Shown here: in pieces, positions 10,107 to 19,824 of the stretch
Numbering within the stretch: position 1 is the first letter of the stretch
Layout of the letters: every line of letters starts with the position of its first letter
Origin: Terrimicrobiaceae bacterium
Lineage (GTDB): Bacteria > Verrucomicrobiota > Verrucomicrobiia > Chthoniobacterales > Terrimicrobiaceae
Length of the DNA stretch: 64,000 nt
NCBI GenBank assembly: GCA_041752695.1
Contig: JBGSVZ010000038.1
Span: 178,033 to 242,032 of the forward strand
Direction of reading: 5' to 3'
Made by a program: the position numbers and the translations under genes
Notes under the pieces: model-generated
The model's database searches: none
Told to the model about the DNA's origin: nothing
What the model saw: the letters and a program-made list of their open reading frames with translations, nothing else

Positions 10107-10206
10107 ATCCTGAACGCGTGCCAGCTAGTAAACTTTGTATTCGGCCCGCCGTGAGTATTTGTGCAGCGCCACTGGCCATGATGTCTCAACTGCGTTTGAA
10201 TAACTG

Positions 10207-11952
10207 ATGATGCTTCGCCCCCAGACTTTTCGCTTTTGTCTTTTCCTGGCGATCTTTTTCTCCCAGGGATTCGGCTCCGTCCGTGCCGTGGACGATCCGG
10301 CGCTGAGCGCACAGCCGCTCGCCATCAATCAAGTCGGTTTTGAGACCGCCCGGTCTAAACGTTTTACCGCTCCGCATTCCCCGGACGGGACCCCCTTCCT
10401 GGTGCGTTCTGCGGAGCGTGGGGAGATGGTGTTTCGCGGAGAGATTCTCGGCGGCATCGGTGATTTTTCCTCGCTCCAACCAAAGGACTCGAGCGGGCAT
10501 TTTGTCATCGAGCTGGAGGGCCCCGTGAAGGTCGTTAGCGATCCTTTTTTGATCCGCTCCAACCTCTACCGGGAGCAATTCTGGCAATCGGCGGTCGATT
10601 TTCTCATTGATACGCGGTCAGCAGTGGGAACCCACCCGAGTGCTTTTGGCGGGTGTCCTTGGCGCGATGGCAACTATTACGATGCCATCATTCCGGCCCT
10701 GGTCCTGTTCACTCTCGCTGATTCCCTGGGAGTTCAGTCCATGCCACGGCAAATTGACTGGGAGGCCGACAAGAAACGCGTGACCGCTCCGGATTTCGCT
10801 TTCATCGACAAAGACCCCGGCGGCAAGGGTTTCATGGATGGCGTGATGGCCTATTACGAACTCGAGCCGCCCGCCGCCGATGCTCCAGATGTGGTGAAAC
10901 TGATCCACTGGGGCGCAGGTATGTATCTCGTCAATCCCAAGACCCAGGATATCATGGGAGATCCTGCCAAGCTGAGAATCCACCCGCAAACCGTCGAACA
11001 GATGGCCTACGTTGTCTGGGCGTGGCCGGTGCTCAAACAATGGCTGCCCCAATCGTTCTACGACAAGGTCCGTGATTTTGTTTTCACGCATTGGAGCGCT
11101 TCCCTCGAGATCAGTCGGTGGTGGGATCCGAAGACCTACCTCACCCCCGAGGATCTGAAAGAGAGCAATCCGATGGCAGGCTTGCTGCATCCCTACAAGG
11201 GACGGCACGCACCGGGTCACTCCATCGTCCCCAATCTTCTCCTGCATGAAGTCGCGAAACGCGAAGGCCGGAGTGATGCCGCGATCTATCTTGATGCCGC
11301 CGTGAAGCAGGCCGAGTGGTGCGTGAAGAATCTCGATTGGAACGATCCGCGGACCACCAAGGGTCACCGTATGAGCGAGCACCGCACCATTCCCAATCTC
11401 GTGTGGTTACTGCAAAAGTATCCGGACAAAGCCCCGGCTGGACTAAAGCAAAAGATCAACGAATGGGTGGATGTCGCCCTGAGCCGGTCAGACAACTTCT
11501 GGGACTACCGCCGATACGATGGGCAGGATCATTGGGCTATTCCGAAGCTCAACGATGTCGGCAATTTCCTTTCCCTGCCGGCCATTGCCACGGCAGCCAG
11601 TTGGGTGGTGGATGATCCGAAGAAAAAGGAGCGCCTGGAGCAGGTCAGCACCGCCGCCATCGATCATGTTTTTGGCCGCAATCCGCGCCTCGCCGCTGCG
11701 CCGGGCAAGCCTCAGATGGGCTTCCCCGAGGTGGAACGCGGCTGGCCCAAACATCACGCAGACGGTAAATGCGCTCGTTTGGAAACATGCCGGGGCTCCC
11801 TTTCCTCCGCACCCGGCACCGAGATGTTTCCTTTTAACCCGAAGGGAACTTATCGCCACGCAGAGGGGTGGGTGAATTACGGAGCCGCGTGGTGCTTAAG
11901 TCTTGCCTATTTGAGGTTTGATGAGGAAAAGCAAACCACTCCAGACCCCTAG
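10207..11952 (+). CDS. Secreted hypothetical protein, divergent GH9-like (Ig-like N-domain plus helical barrel); paralog A
   Basis: Signal peptide; INQVGF; GGCPWRDG; DHVFGRNP; HAEGWVNYGAAW. Colinear with 13053-14804. Confidence 0.6.
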   Translation: MMLRPQTFRFCLFLAIFFSQGFGSVRAVDDPALSAQPLAINQVGFETARSKRFTAPHSPDGTPFLVRSAERGEMVFRGEILGGIGDFSSLQPKDSSGHFVIELEGPVKVVSDPFLIRSNLYREQFWQSAVDFLIDTRSAVGTHPSAFGGCPWRDGNYYDAIIPALVLFTLADSLGVQSMPRQIDWEADKKRVTAPDFAFIDKDPGGKGFMDGVMAYYELEPPAADAPDVVKLIHWGAGMYLVNPKTQDIMGDPAKLRIHPQTVEQMAYVVWAWPVLKQWLPQSFYDKVRDFVFTHWSASLEISRWWDPKTYLTPEDLKESNPMAGLLHPYKGRHAPGHSIVPNLLLHEVAKREGRSDAAIYLDAAVKQAEWCVKNLDWNDPRTTKGHRMSEHRTIPNLVWLLQKYPDKAPAGLKQKINEWVDVALSRSDNFWDYRRYDGQDHWAIPKLNDVGNFLSLPAIATAASWVVDDPKKKERLEQVSTAAIDHVFGRNPRLAAAPGKPQMGFPEVERGWPKHHADGKCARLETCRGSLSSAPGTEMFPFNPKGTYRHAEGWVNYGAAWCLSLAYLRFDEEKQTTPDP

Positions 11953-12126
11953 CTCAGGCCGGTCTTCGGGTGAAGGGAGTTCTCTGAATTGGTCTTCCCG
12001 CCGGGGACGCTCCGCTTCTTTGCACATGACAGCTTGCCGGAGAACGTCCTCGAAGGCACACTCCTCCCTTGCAAAGCCCGCCAGCCCAACGAACCGCATC
12101 AAGCGCACAGGACCGGCCCCAAAACC

Positions 12127-12975
12127 ATGCGTTACCGTGATTGGCTCAATCTGAACATCCACCTGCTGTGGTGTCACAATCTGCCGGTGGCACGGGGGCG
12201 AAAAGATGCGGGGGCGGTTTTGCGCTCGACAGAATATACGAACAGCGGAGCGTGGTTGGTCCGTGAAGGCTGGGCGCAGGTGGAGCATGCTGGGAAACGC
12301 TATCGAGCCGAGCCGGGACAGTGGCTCATCGTCAAGCCAGGGGAGCGGGTGCAGACATTCTCCGGCAATGCTCGACTGATTTCCCTCGCCTTTGATGCCC
12401 GCTGGCCGGATGGGTCGCACCTGTTTGATAAGGGTCTGAGCATGGTCGTGGATGGAGCGGATGCCCCCGATCTGGAGAAATGGGTGCGCCCGATCTTGCT
12501 CACCATGAAACGGGTGAACCCGGATACTTGGGACGCGCGGGATCATGTCGTGGACATGCCCCTTTTTTTCCGCATCGAACAGCTGTTGTTTCGATGGCTT
12601 GTCGCGCTAGCCGACGTGTTGGCAGACCGGGGTATTGCCCATACCGGTCATACCGGCATCGACGAACGCGTCCGCACGATCCTTGACCTCATGCACACCC
12701 ACGACCTGGGCGAACCGCTCGACGGTGGGCGGCTCGCCGGCAGAGTGGGCCTGAGTCAAAATCACCTCGTCCGTCTTTTTCGCCGCGACCTGCAAACGAC
12801 GCCCACTCAATACTGGGACAGACTTCGCATCGAACACGCGCGCCACCGCCTCCTCCAACCCGAGGCCCGCGTGAAGGAAGTCTCCATCGAACTCGGCTTT
12901 ACCTACCTGTCCCACTTCTCCAAGTGGTTCAAGCGCCACACGGGGAAAACTCCCCGGGCCATTCGGGAGGCATAA
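12127..12975 (+). CDS. AraC/XylS family transcriptional regulator
   Basis: C-terminal double HTH (LSQNHLVRLFRR...VKEVSIELGFTYLSHFSKWFKRHTGKTP) with a cupin-like N-domain. Start moved to ATG 12127. Confidence 0.9.
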   Translation: MRYRDWLNLNIHLLWCHNLPVARGRKDAGAVLRSTEYTNSGAWLVREGWAQVEHAGKRYRAEPGQWLIVKPGERVQTFSGNARLISLAFDARWPDGSHLFDKGLSMVVDGADAPDLEKWVRPILLTMKRVNPDTWDARDHVVDMPLFFRIEQLLFRWLVALADVLADRGIAHTGHTGIDERVRTILDLMHTHDLGEPLDGGRLAGRVGLSQNHLVRLFRRDLQTTPTQYWDRLRIEHARHRLLQPEARVKEVSIELGFTYLSHFSKWFKRHTGKTPRAIREA

Positions 12976-13052
12976 AAAGTATAACGGAATGAGTAAATTG
13001 TATAGCCAGCCCCCCTCGACAGCCTGTTTGGAATGCGTTTGATTTCAATGCT

Positions 13053-14804
13053 GTGCGTTTCCCCCCGAGTTTTTCCCGGCGCCTCCTGTCGGCCTGGCTG
13101 TTGATCGTGTTCTTCGCGGAGTTCGCCTTGGCCCAGGTCAACGCGGATCCGGCCCTTGGCGAGCAGCCGGTTGCCGTGAACCAGGTGGGATATGAGACGG
13201 GCGGTCCGAAGCGATTCACCGCTCCGAAAGCGAAGGACGGAACAAAGTTTTTCATTCGGTCTGCGGACGGGGGCGATGCTTTGTTTCACGGCGACATCCA
13301 TGCCGGCATCGGGGATTTTTCAGCGTTCCGTCCCAAGGATTCTGTCCGGCGCTTTGTGGTGGAGTTGGAGGGGCCGGCGAAGGTGACCAGCGATCCGTTC
13401 CTGGTTCGTTCAAAACTCTACGAGGAACAGTTCTGGCAGCCTGCGGTGGATTTTCTGGTGGATTCCCGTTCCGCGGTGGGAACCCATCCCAGCGCTTATG
13501 GCGGGTGTCCCTGGCGCGATGGGACTTATTACGATGCAATCATTCCCGCTTTGACCCTTTTTTATCTCGCTGACCCGAAACGTGTCGAGGCGATGCCACG
13601 ACAAATCGACTGGGAGGCCGACAAAAAAAGGGTGACCTCCCCGGACCTCACGTTCAATGACAAAGACCCGGGCGGCAAAGGGTTCATGGATTCCGTACGG
13701 GCCTATTATGATCTTGAACCACCCGCCGCAGATGCGCCCGATGTGGTGAAGCTGATCCATTGGGGAGCGGGATTTTACCTTGTCAACCCCCTGACCCACG
13801 ACCCGTCCAAGGATCCGGATAAATGGAAGGTCCATCCTCAGACCGTGGAACAGCTTGCTTATGTTCTCTGGGCCTGGCCGGCACTCAAACAGTGGTTGCC
13901 CGAATCCTTTTATCAGAGGGTTCGCGATTTCTGTTTCGGAAACTGGAGGCCATCTCTCGCGATCAGCCCATGGTGGGATCCTCAAACCTATCTGACCCCG
14001 GACGACCTGAAGGAGGGCAATCCCATGGGCGGATTGCTTCATCCGTATAAAGGGCGACATGCTCCCGGGCATTCGATTGTGCCCAACCTTCTGATGCATG
14101 AAGTGGCGAAACGGGAGGGCCGGGGTGATGCCGCGATCTATTTGGATGCTGCCGTGAAGCAAGCCGAATGGTGTGTCAAGAACCTCGACTGGAACGACCC
14201 GCGCACCACCAAGGGACACCGCATGAGCGAGCATCGCACCATCCCGAATCTCGTCTGGCTGCTGCAAAAATATCCGGAGCAAGCTCCTGCTGGCTTGAGG
14301 GATAAAATCGACCAGTGGGTGGATGTCGCGCTGAGCCGATCGGATAATCTCTGGGACTATCGGCGGTTCGATTTGAAAGACCACTGGTCGATTCCCAAAG
14401 TCAATGACCTCGGCAACCTGATCTCCTTTCCTGCCGTCGCCACGGCGGCGAGTTGGGTGGTGGGAGACCCGGAAAAAAAGGCCCGCCTGGCGCAGATTAG
14501 CACCGCGGCCATCGATCACGTGTTTGGCCGCAACCCCCGGCTGGCCGCTGCGCCGGCCAAGCCAGGGATGGGCTTTCCGGAGGTCGAGCGGGGGTGGCCC
14601 AAACACTACAAGGAAGATACCTGCGCGAGGCTTGAGCTATGTCGTGGATCGCTTTCCTCCGCCCCCGGCACCGAGATGTTTCCCTTTCATCCCGAGGGTG
14701 TCTATCGCCACCCCGAAGGTTGGGTGAACTATGGTGCCTCCTGGTGCATCAGCCTGGCCTATCTGCAATTTGAGGCAGGCGCAAAAACCACCCCAACACC
14801 CTAA
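13053..14804 (+). CDS. Secreted hypothetical protein, divergent GH9-like; paralog B
   Basis: Signal peptide; VNQVGY; GGCPWRDG; DHVFGRNP; HPEGWVNYGASW. Shares long identical blocks with 10207-11952. Confidence 0.6.
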   Translation: MRFPPSFSRRLLSAWLLIVFFAEFALAQVNADPALGEQPVAVNQVGYETGGPKRFTAPKAKDGTKFFIRSADGGDALFHGDIHAGIGDFSAFRPKDSVRRFVVELEGPAKVTSDPFLVRSKLYEEQFWQPAVDFLVDSRSAVGTHPSAYGGCPWRDGTYYDAIIPALTLFYLADPKRVEAMPRQIDWEADKKRVTSPDLTFNDKDPGGKGFMDSVRAYYDLEPPAADAPDVVKLIHWGAGFYLVNPLTHDPSKDPDKWKVHPQTVEQLAYVLWAWPALKQWLPESFYQRVRDFCFGNWRPSLAISPWWDPQTYLTPDDLKEGNPMGGLLHPYKGRHAPGHSIVPNLLMHEVAKREGRGDAAIYLDAAVKQAEWCVKNLDWNDPRTTKGHRMSEHRTIPNLVWLLQKYPEQAPAGLRDKIDQWVDVALSRSDNLWDYRRFDLKDHWSIPKVNDLGNLISFPAVATAASWVVGDPEKKARLAQISTAAIDHVFGRNPRLAAAPAKPGMGFPEVERGWPKHYKEDTCARLELCRGSLSSAPGTEMFPFHPEGVYRHPEGWVNYGASWCISLAYLQFEAGAKTTPTP

Positions 14805-14807
14805 GTT

Positions 14808-16187
14808 ATGAAAATCAAAGGAATGCGCTGGTGGATTGTGGTGCTGGTTTTCCTCGCCGCGGTGCTTAACTACGTGGATCGCCAGGTTCTCTCGGTGCTC
14901 GCACCAACCATTCAAGCGGATTTGGGTTTGGATGACCGCGATTACGCGAATGTTCTCAATATTTTTCTGATCGCCTATACCCTGGCCTATCTCGTTTCGG
15001 GCAAGCTGGTGGACCGCATGGGCGCACGGAACAGCACCCTGCTGTTTGTCGTATGGTGGTCGCTGTCGAATGTCGCGACCGCGTGGGCGCAGGGCATGCG
15101 CTCCATGAGTGCGATCCGGTTTTCCCTGGGTCTCGGTGAGGCGGGGATCTGGCCAGCCGCATCGAAGGTCGTCTCGGAGTGGTTTCCCTCCCGGGAGCGG
15201 GCCCTGGCGATTGGCTTCTATACCATGGGGGCGACGGTTGGTGCCACGTTGGCTCCCTACATTGTGATCCCTCTGGCGGGATTTGATTATGCCGAAAAGA
15301 TGCCTTGGATCAACTCGCTCTTCGGTCACGGAACCGGATGGCGAATGGCTTTCTTAATCACAGGGCTGACTGGCCTTCTTTGGGTGATCCCCTGGCTGTT
15401 CCTTTATCGCAAGCCCCGCGAAAGCAAGTTCCTGGGCCGCGAGGAACTGGATCTTATCGAAGATGGAATTGCGGAAACCTCAACCGCGAATGAAGCGGGA
15501 TGGTCCTGGGGACAGGTGCTTCGGTTCAAACCGCTCTGGCTGCTTTTGGTGGGAAGGCTCCTCACGGACCCGGTCTGGTATTTTTATCAATTCTGGTTTG
15601 CGAAGTATCTCAACACCGACCGGGGCGTCGCCCAATCGGATCTGACCATCACCTGGATTGTTTACGCCGCGGCCGGGGTTGGATCATTGTTCGGTGGCTG
15701 GCTCTCCGGTGCGCTGATCAAGCGGGGTATGCAGCCGGTCAAGGCGCGTCTGTGGGTCATGCTCGGTTGCGCCTGTCTCATGCCGCTTTCGCCCTTTATT
15801 GCGTCGGCCAGTGGATTGCCCGTCACGATGGTGTTGACCGGGGTCACGGTATTCGCCTCGCTTTCCTGGCTCATCAACATCAGCGCGCTCATCGTGGATG
15901 TCGCTCCCAAGCACTCGCTCGGCACGATTTTCAGTGTCATTGCGGCGGGTAGCACTCTCGGTGGCATCATCATGAACATGATTGTGGCCGCCATGGTCTC
16001 GGGCCCATCGAGCAAGCCCGCCGGGTTTCTGGATGTGGCCTTCAAACAAGTGGTGGGCCCCTTGCTCGAATTGGTTTCCGGTCAGGGATACGGGCCCTGG
16101 TTTCTGGCCATGGCCTTTTTGCATCCCATTGCCTTGCTCTTCATCTGGGTGAGCGGTATCTCGCGCACCACCGCCTCACAAAACTAA
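14808..16187 (+). CDS. MFS transporter, ExuT/ACS (hexuronate-like) family
   Basis: RWWIVVLVFLAAVLNYVDRQ; GKLVDRMGAR; SEWFPSRERALA; LTDPVWYFYQFW; about 12 hydrophobic segments. Confidence 0.88.
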   Translation: MKIKGMRWWIVVLVFLAAVLNYVDRQVLSVLAPTIQADLGLDDRDYANVLNIFLIAYTLAYLVSGKLVDRMGARNSTLLFVVWWSLSNVATAWAQGMRSMSAIRFSLGLGEAGIWPAASKVVSEWFPSRERALAIGFYTMGATVGATLAPYIVIPLAGFDYAEKMPWINSLFGHGTGWRMAFLITGLTGLLWVIPWLFLYRKPRESKFLGREELDLIEDGIAETSTANEAGWSWGQVLRFKPLWLLLVGRLLTDPVWYFYQFWFAKYLNTDRGVAQSDLTITWIVYAAAGVGSLFGGWLSGALIKRGMQPVKARLWVMLGCACLMPLSPFIASASGLPVTMVLTGVTVFASLSWLINISALIVDVAPKHSLGTIFSVIAAGSTLGGIIMNMIVAAMVSGPSSKPAGFLDVAFKQVVGPLLELVSGQGYGPWFLAMAFLHPIALLFIWVSGISRTTASQN

Positions 16188-16205
16188 CCCCGAAGGATCT
16201 TACTT

Positions 16206-18476
16206 ATGATTATCGAACATGCCACGAACCGTCGCGAATTGAAAGCCGTCTCCATCAACGCCGACCTCGTGGTCGTCGGGGGTGGCCTGGCTGGGACCTG
16301 CTGTGCCATCGCCGCCGCACGCGAAGGCGCAAAAGTCGTTCTCGTCCAGGACCGCCCGGTGCTTGGTGGCAACGCCTCCAGCGAGGTTCGCCTCTGGGCG
16401 CTCGGGGCCACGTCCCATCTGGGCAACAATAACCGCTGGTCCCGTGAGGGCGGTGTGATCAACGAGATCCTCGAAGAAAATCTCTACCGAAACCGTCAGG
16501 GCAACGCCATGATCTTCGATACGGTGCTTTTGGAAAAGTGTCTCGGGGAGCCCAACATCACCCTGCTGCTCAACACCGCCGCATTTGAGGTGGAAAAGAG
16601 TGACCCGGACACCCTCTCGGCCGTCCATGCCTTCTGCTCACAGAACTCGACTCGCTACCTCCTGCATGCGCCTCTTTTTTGCGATGCCTCCGGCGACGGG
16701 ATCATCGGGTTCATGGCGGGAGCCGCCTTCCGTATGGGGGCGGAATCGAAAGAAGAATTCGGTGAGGCCTTCGCGCCCGATGCGGCTTACGGTCAGTTGC
16801 TCGGGCACTCAATGTATTTCTACAGCAAGGACGTTGGCACTCCGGTCAAGTTCGTTCCGCCAAGTTGGGCGCTCGATGACATCACCAAGATCCCGCGGTA
16901 TCGGCAGTTTCATACCAACATGCAGGGCTGCAACTTTTGGTGGCTCGAATACGGGGGCCGCCTTGATACGGTCCATCAGACGGAAGAAATCAAATGGGAA
17001 CTCTGGAAGGTTATCTACGGGGTTTGGAACTATTTCAAAAACTCCGGCAAGTTCCCCGAAGCGGAAACGATGAATCTGGAGTGGGTCGGCACCATCCCCG
17101 GGAAGCGTGAAAGCCGCCGTTTCGAGGGCGATTACATGATCCGCCAGCAGGACCTCGTAGAGCAAACCGTCTTTGCTGATGAGGTTTATCATGGTGGCTG
17201 GGCGGTGGACCTTCATCCCGCGGATGGTGTTTATTCCGAGCTGTCCGGCTGCACCCAGTGGCATGCCAAAGGTGTCTACGGAATTCCCTACCGCTGCCAC
17301 TACAGCAAAAACATCACCAACCTTTTCCTGGCGGGGCGTGTGATGAGCGCAACCCACGTCGCCTTCGGTTCCACCCGCGTGATGGTCACCTGCGCCGCCG
17401 GCGGTCAAGCGGTGGGCATTGCCGCGGCGGTCTGTCGGGAACAGGGCCTCAGCCCCCGGGACCTTGCCAGCGGTGAGGGTCTGCGCGAGTTGCAAATGCG
17501 ACTGGAGCGCAGCGGACAGTTTCTCCCCAACTGCGAGATCCGTGATCCCGCCGACCTCGCCGCGTCGGCGACCATCACCGCGAGTTCCGAATGCAGGCTC
17601 GGTGAAATCAAGGCCAGTGAAAAAATCCTCAACCTCGAAAGCGCGTGGGCCATGTTGCTCCCGCTGGTCGAAGGCCCATGCCCGGTCTTTGCCTTCCCCC
17701 TCGTGGCCGAAGCCGCGACCACGCTGCGCGTGGCTTTGCGCCGATCGCAAAGGTCCTTCAATTTCACGCCGGACGAAACCCTTGAAACCCTCGAACTCGA
17801 CGTGCCGGCTGGCGAGTCCCGCCCCGACATCCGATTTACCAAGTCCCTCGACCGCGCCGGGTATTATTTCATCCAGCTCTGCGAGAACCCGTCTCTTTCC
17901 GTACGTCTTGCCGACCAGCGAATCACGGGTGTGGTCTCGGTGAGCAACGCCTTCAACAAAGCCGTCGCCAAGTCCAGCGTGCAATCGCCCCCGGATGGCA
18001 TCGGCATTGACACCTTTGAATTCTGGCTGCCGAAACGCCGCCCCGAGGGACACAACCTCGCGATGACGATAATTCCCCCGCTCGAAGGTTTTTCCCCCGC
18101 CAATGTCAATCACGGCCCAGCCCGACCAACGACTGCCGTCAATGCCTGGGTCGCCGACCCCGCCGACGCAAGACCCGAGCTGACCCTGAATTGGACAGAG
18201 CCCGTGGACATTGCCCGTATCGTCATCGAGTTCGACCCCGACTGGGATCACCCCATGGAGAGCGTGCTTATGACGCACCCCGAAGAAACCGTGCCCTTCC
18301 TGGTGCGAGACTTCGATCTGCTCGACGACAAGGGAGTTGTTCTGCGCGAGGTGCGCAATAACCACTCGGCCCGGGTGGAGCACAACCAGAGACTCACCAC
18401 GGCAAAGCTCATCCTCCGCGTCCACGCCACGCACGGGACCCCGGCGGCCGTTTTTCGTGTCAGGGTTTTTGCGTGA
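16206..18476 (+). CDS. FAD-dependent oxidoreductase with a C-terminal beta-sandwich extension
   Basis: DLVVVGGGLAG Rossmann motif; QDRPVLGGNASSE; DASGDG; GKRESRRFEGDY; YGIPYRC; SATHVAFGSTRVM. Confidence 0.85.
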   Translation: MIIEHATNRRELKAVSINADLVVVGGGLAGTCCAIAAAREGAKVVLVQDRPVLGGNASSEVRLWALGATSHLGNNNRWSREGGVINEILEENLYRNRQGNAMIFDTVLLEKCLGEPNITLLLNTAAFEVEKSDPDTLSAVHAFCSQNSTRYLLHAPLFCDASGDGIIGFMAGAAFRMGAESKEEFGEAFAPDAAYGQLLGHSMYFYSKDVGTPVKFVPPSWALDDITKIPRYRQFHTNMQGCNFWWLEYGGRLDTVHQTEEIKWELWKVIYGVWNYFKNSGKFPEAETMNLEWVGTIPGKRESRRFEGDYMIRQQDLVEQTVFADEVYHGGWAVDLHPADGVYSELSGCTQWHAKGVYGIPYRCHYSKNITNLFLAGRVMSATHVAFGSTRVMVTCAAGGQAVGIAAAVCREQGLSPRDLASGEGLRELQMRLERSGQFLPNCEIRDPADLAASATITASSECRLGEIKASEKILNLESAWAMLLPLVEGPCPVFAFPLVAEAATTLRVALRRSQRSFNFTPDETLETLELDVPAGESRPDIRFTKSLDRAGYYFIQLCENPSLSVRLADQRITGVVSVSNAFNKAVAKSSVQSPPDGIGIDTFEFWLPKRRPEGHNLAMTIIPPLEGFSPANVNHGPARPTTAVNAWVADPADARPELTLNWTEPVDIARIVIEFDPDWDHPMESVLMTHPEETVPFLVRDFDLLDDKGVVLREVRNNHSARVEHNQRLTTAKLILRVHATHGTPAAVFRVRVFA

Positions 18477-18585
18477 GAGCAGGCAGGCCGGCGAGCGCAC
18501 GGTCATGGTTCCCGGTTGGACGACGGTGGGTTTTGACTTGTCCTGGCAAAACACACTACGATGATTTGGTAAATCTCTCCTTCTT

Positions 18586-19107
18586 ATGACGATTCCCTAT
18601 CCCCAAGCCAAACGGCAGTGCACCGCAACAGAATTTCAACTGCTTGAAACCGTCCGAACGGAAAAGCTGCAGTCTCTCAAGGCTGCGGTGCTGAAAGCGA
18701 AGATCGCTCGCACGCGCGGCTTCCTTGCTAAATGGCGGGACCTTGGGATCCAGCAAGCCCGCAAGACCAAGACGGCGGCGGTGCCCGAACGCACCGCGCA
18801 GAAGGTGGCGTGGTTTACAGAAGCTCTGCGCCGTTTCGAAGCGCAGTTGGGCAAGTTGGAAAAAGCCGCGGAAGTGGCGGCCAAACAGGCAGCGGTTAAG
18901 GCGAAAAAAGCCGCTCGTCCCAAGGCGGCAGTTCCGGCCGGACCCAAGCGGGGGGGGAAGGGGAATCCGACAAAGGCGCTGAAGGCTGTGGAAACCCAGG
19001 CGAAAGTTCGCCAGATGCGAATTGCGCAGAGTGGCCAGATGGGCCGCAGGCATGGGCACGTGTTGGCGACTGGCCGCCGCAACCAAGCCAAACGCAACGC
19101 GCGTTAG
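18586..19107 (+). CDS. Hypothetical basic Lys/Ala/Arg-rich protein
   Basis: ATG start after an AT-rich promoter-like segment; helical K/A-rich sequence; 4-bp convergent overlap with araD. Confidence 0.7.
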   Translation: MTIPYPQAKRQCTATEFQLLETVRTEKLQSLKAAVLKAKIARTRGFLAKWRDLGIQQARKTKTAAVPERTAQKVAWFTEALRRFEAQLGKLEKAAEVAAKQAAVKAKKAARPKAAVPAGPKRGGKGNPTKALKAVETQAKVRQMRIAQSGQMGRRHGHVLATGRRNQAKRNAR

Positions 19108-19805
19108 TCCTTCGCGGTTTGGCCGTAGTAGGCGGCCGGGCCGTGTTTGCGGAAGAAGTGCTTGTCGAGCAGGAACGACGAGATGGGTTCGGCAGCCGGA
19201 TTGAGCTGCAGAACCTTGAGGGCCATTTCAGCGACGATTTCGAGCGCCAGGGCGTTCTCCAAGGCTTTGGCACCGGAGGGTCCCCAGGCAAAGGGGCCGT
19301 GGCCATTGACCAGCACCGCGCTCATATGGTCCGGATCGAGTTTTGCAAAACGCTCGGCAATGACGTTCCCCGTCTCCCATTCGTAGGCGCGAAGAATTTC
19401 TTCCGGTGTCATGGGACGCGTTACCGGAACTTCGCCGTAAAAATAATCCGCGTGAGTTGTCCCAAAGCAAGGAATCCCCCGACCCGCCTGGGCGAAGGAG
19501 ACGGCGTGGCGGGAATGGGTGTGAACGACAGAGCGGATGTCGGGGAAGGCCTGAAACAGACGTCGATGCGTCGGACTGTCGGAGGAAGGCTTGAGTGCGC
19601 CCTCGACGACGTTGCCATCGAGGTCGAGCAGCACCATATCGGACGGCGTGAGTTTTGCGTAATCCACGCCGCTCGGCTTGATGGCAAAGAGGCCGGCGGC
19701 GCGGTCGATCACGCTGACATTGCCGAAGGTGAGATCGACGAGTCCGGTTTTCGGTAATGCGATGTTGGCCTGACAACATTCTTCCCGGAGGGTGCGCTGG
19801 TTCAT
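19104..19805 (-). CDS. araD: L-ribulose-5-phosphate 4-epimerase
   Basis: TFGNVS, IKPSGVDY, PSSDSPTH, VHTHS, GTTHADYF, HGPFAWG, KHFFRKHG. Confidence 0.95.
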   Translation of the reverse strand: MNQRTLREECCQANIALPKTGLVDLTFGNVSVIDRAAGLFAIKPSGVDYAKLTPSDMVLLDLDGNVVEGALKPSSDSPTHRRLFQAFPDIRSVVHTHSRHAVSFAQAGRGIPCFGTTHADYFYGEVPVTRPMTPEEILRAYEWETGNVIAERFAKLDPDHMSAVLVNGHGPFAWGPSGAKALENALALEIVAEMALKVLQLNPAAEPISSFLLDKHFFRKHGPAAYYGQTAKD

Positions 19806-19824
19806 AAGTGAGAGTGACTAAGGC

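Noticed and set aside
10191..13042. TGCGTTTGA upstream of both GH9-like paralogs as an AraC site
   Set aside because: Only 9 bp, at different distances from the starts; could be a duplication remnant or chance.
16809..18554. 581 aa minus-strand ORF
   Set aside because: Antisense to the FAD oxidoreductase; no recognisable domain.
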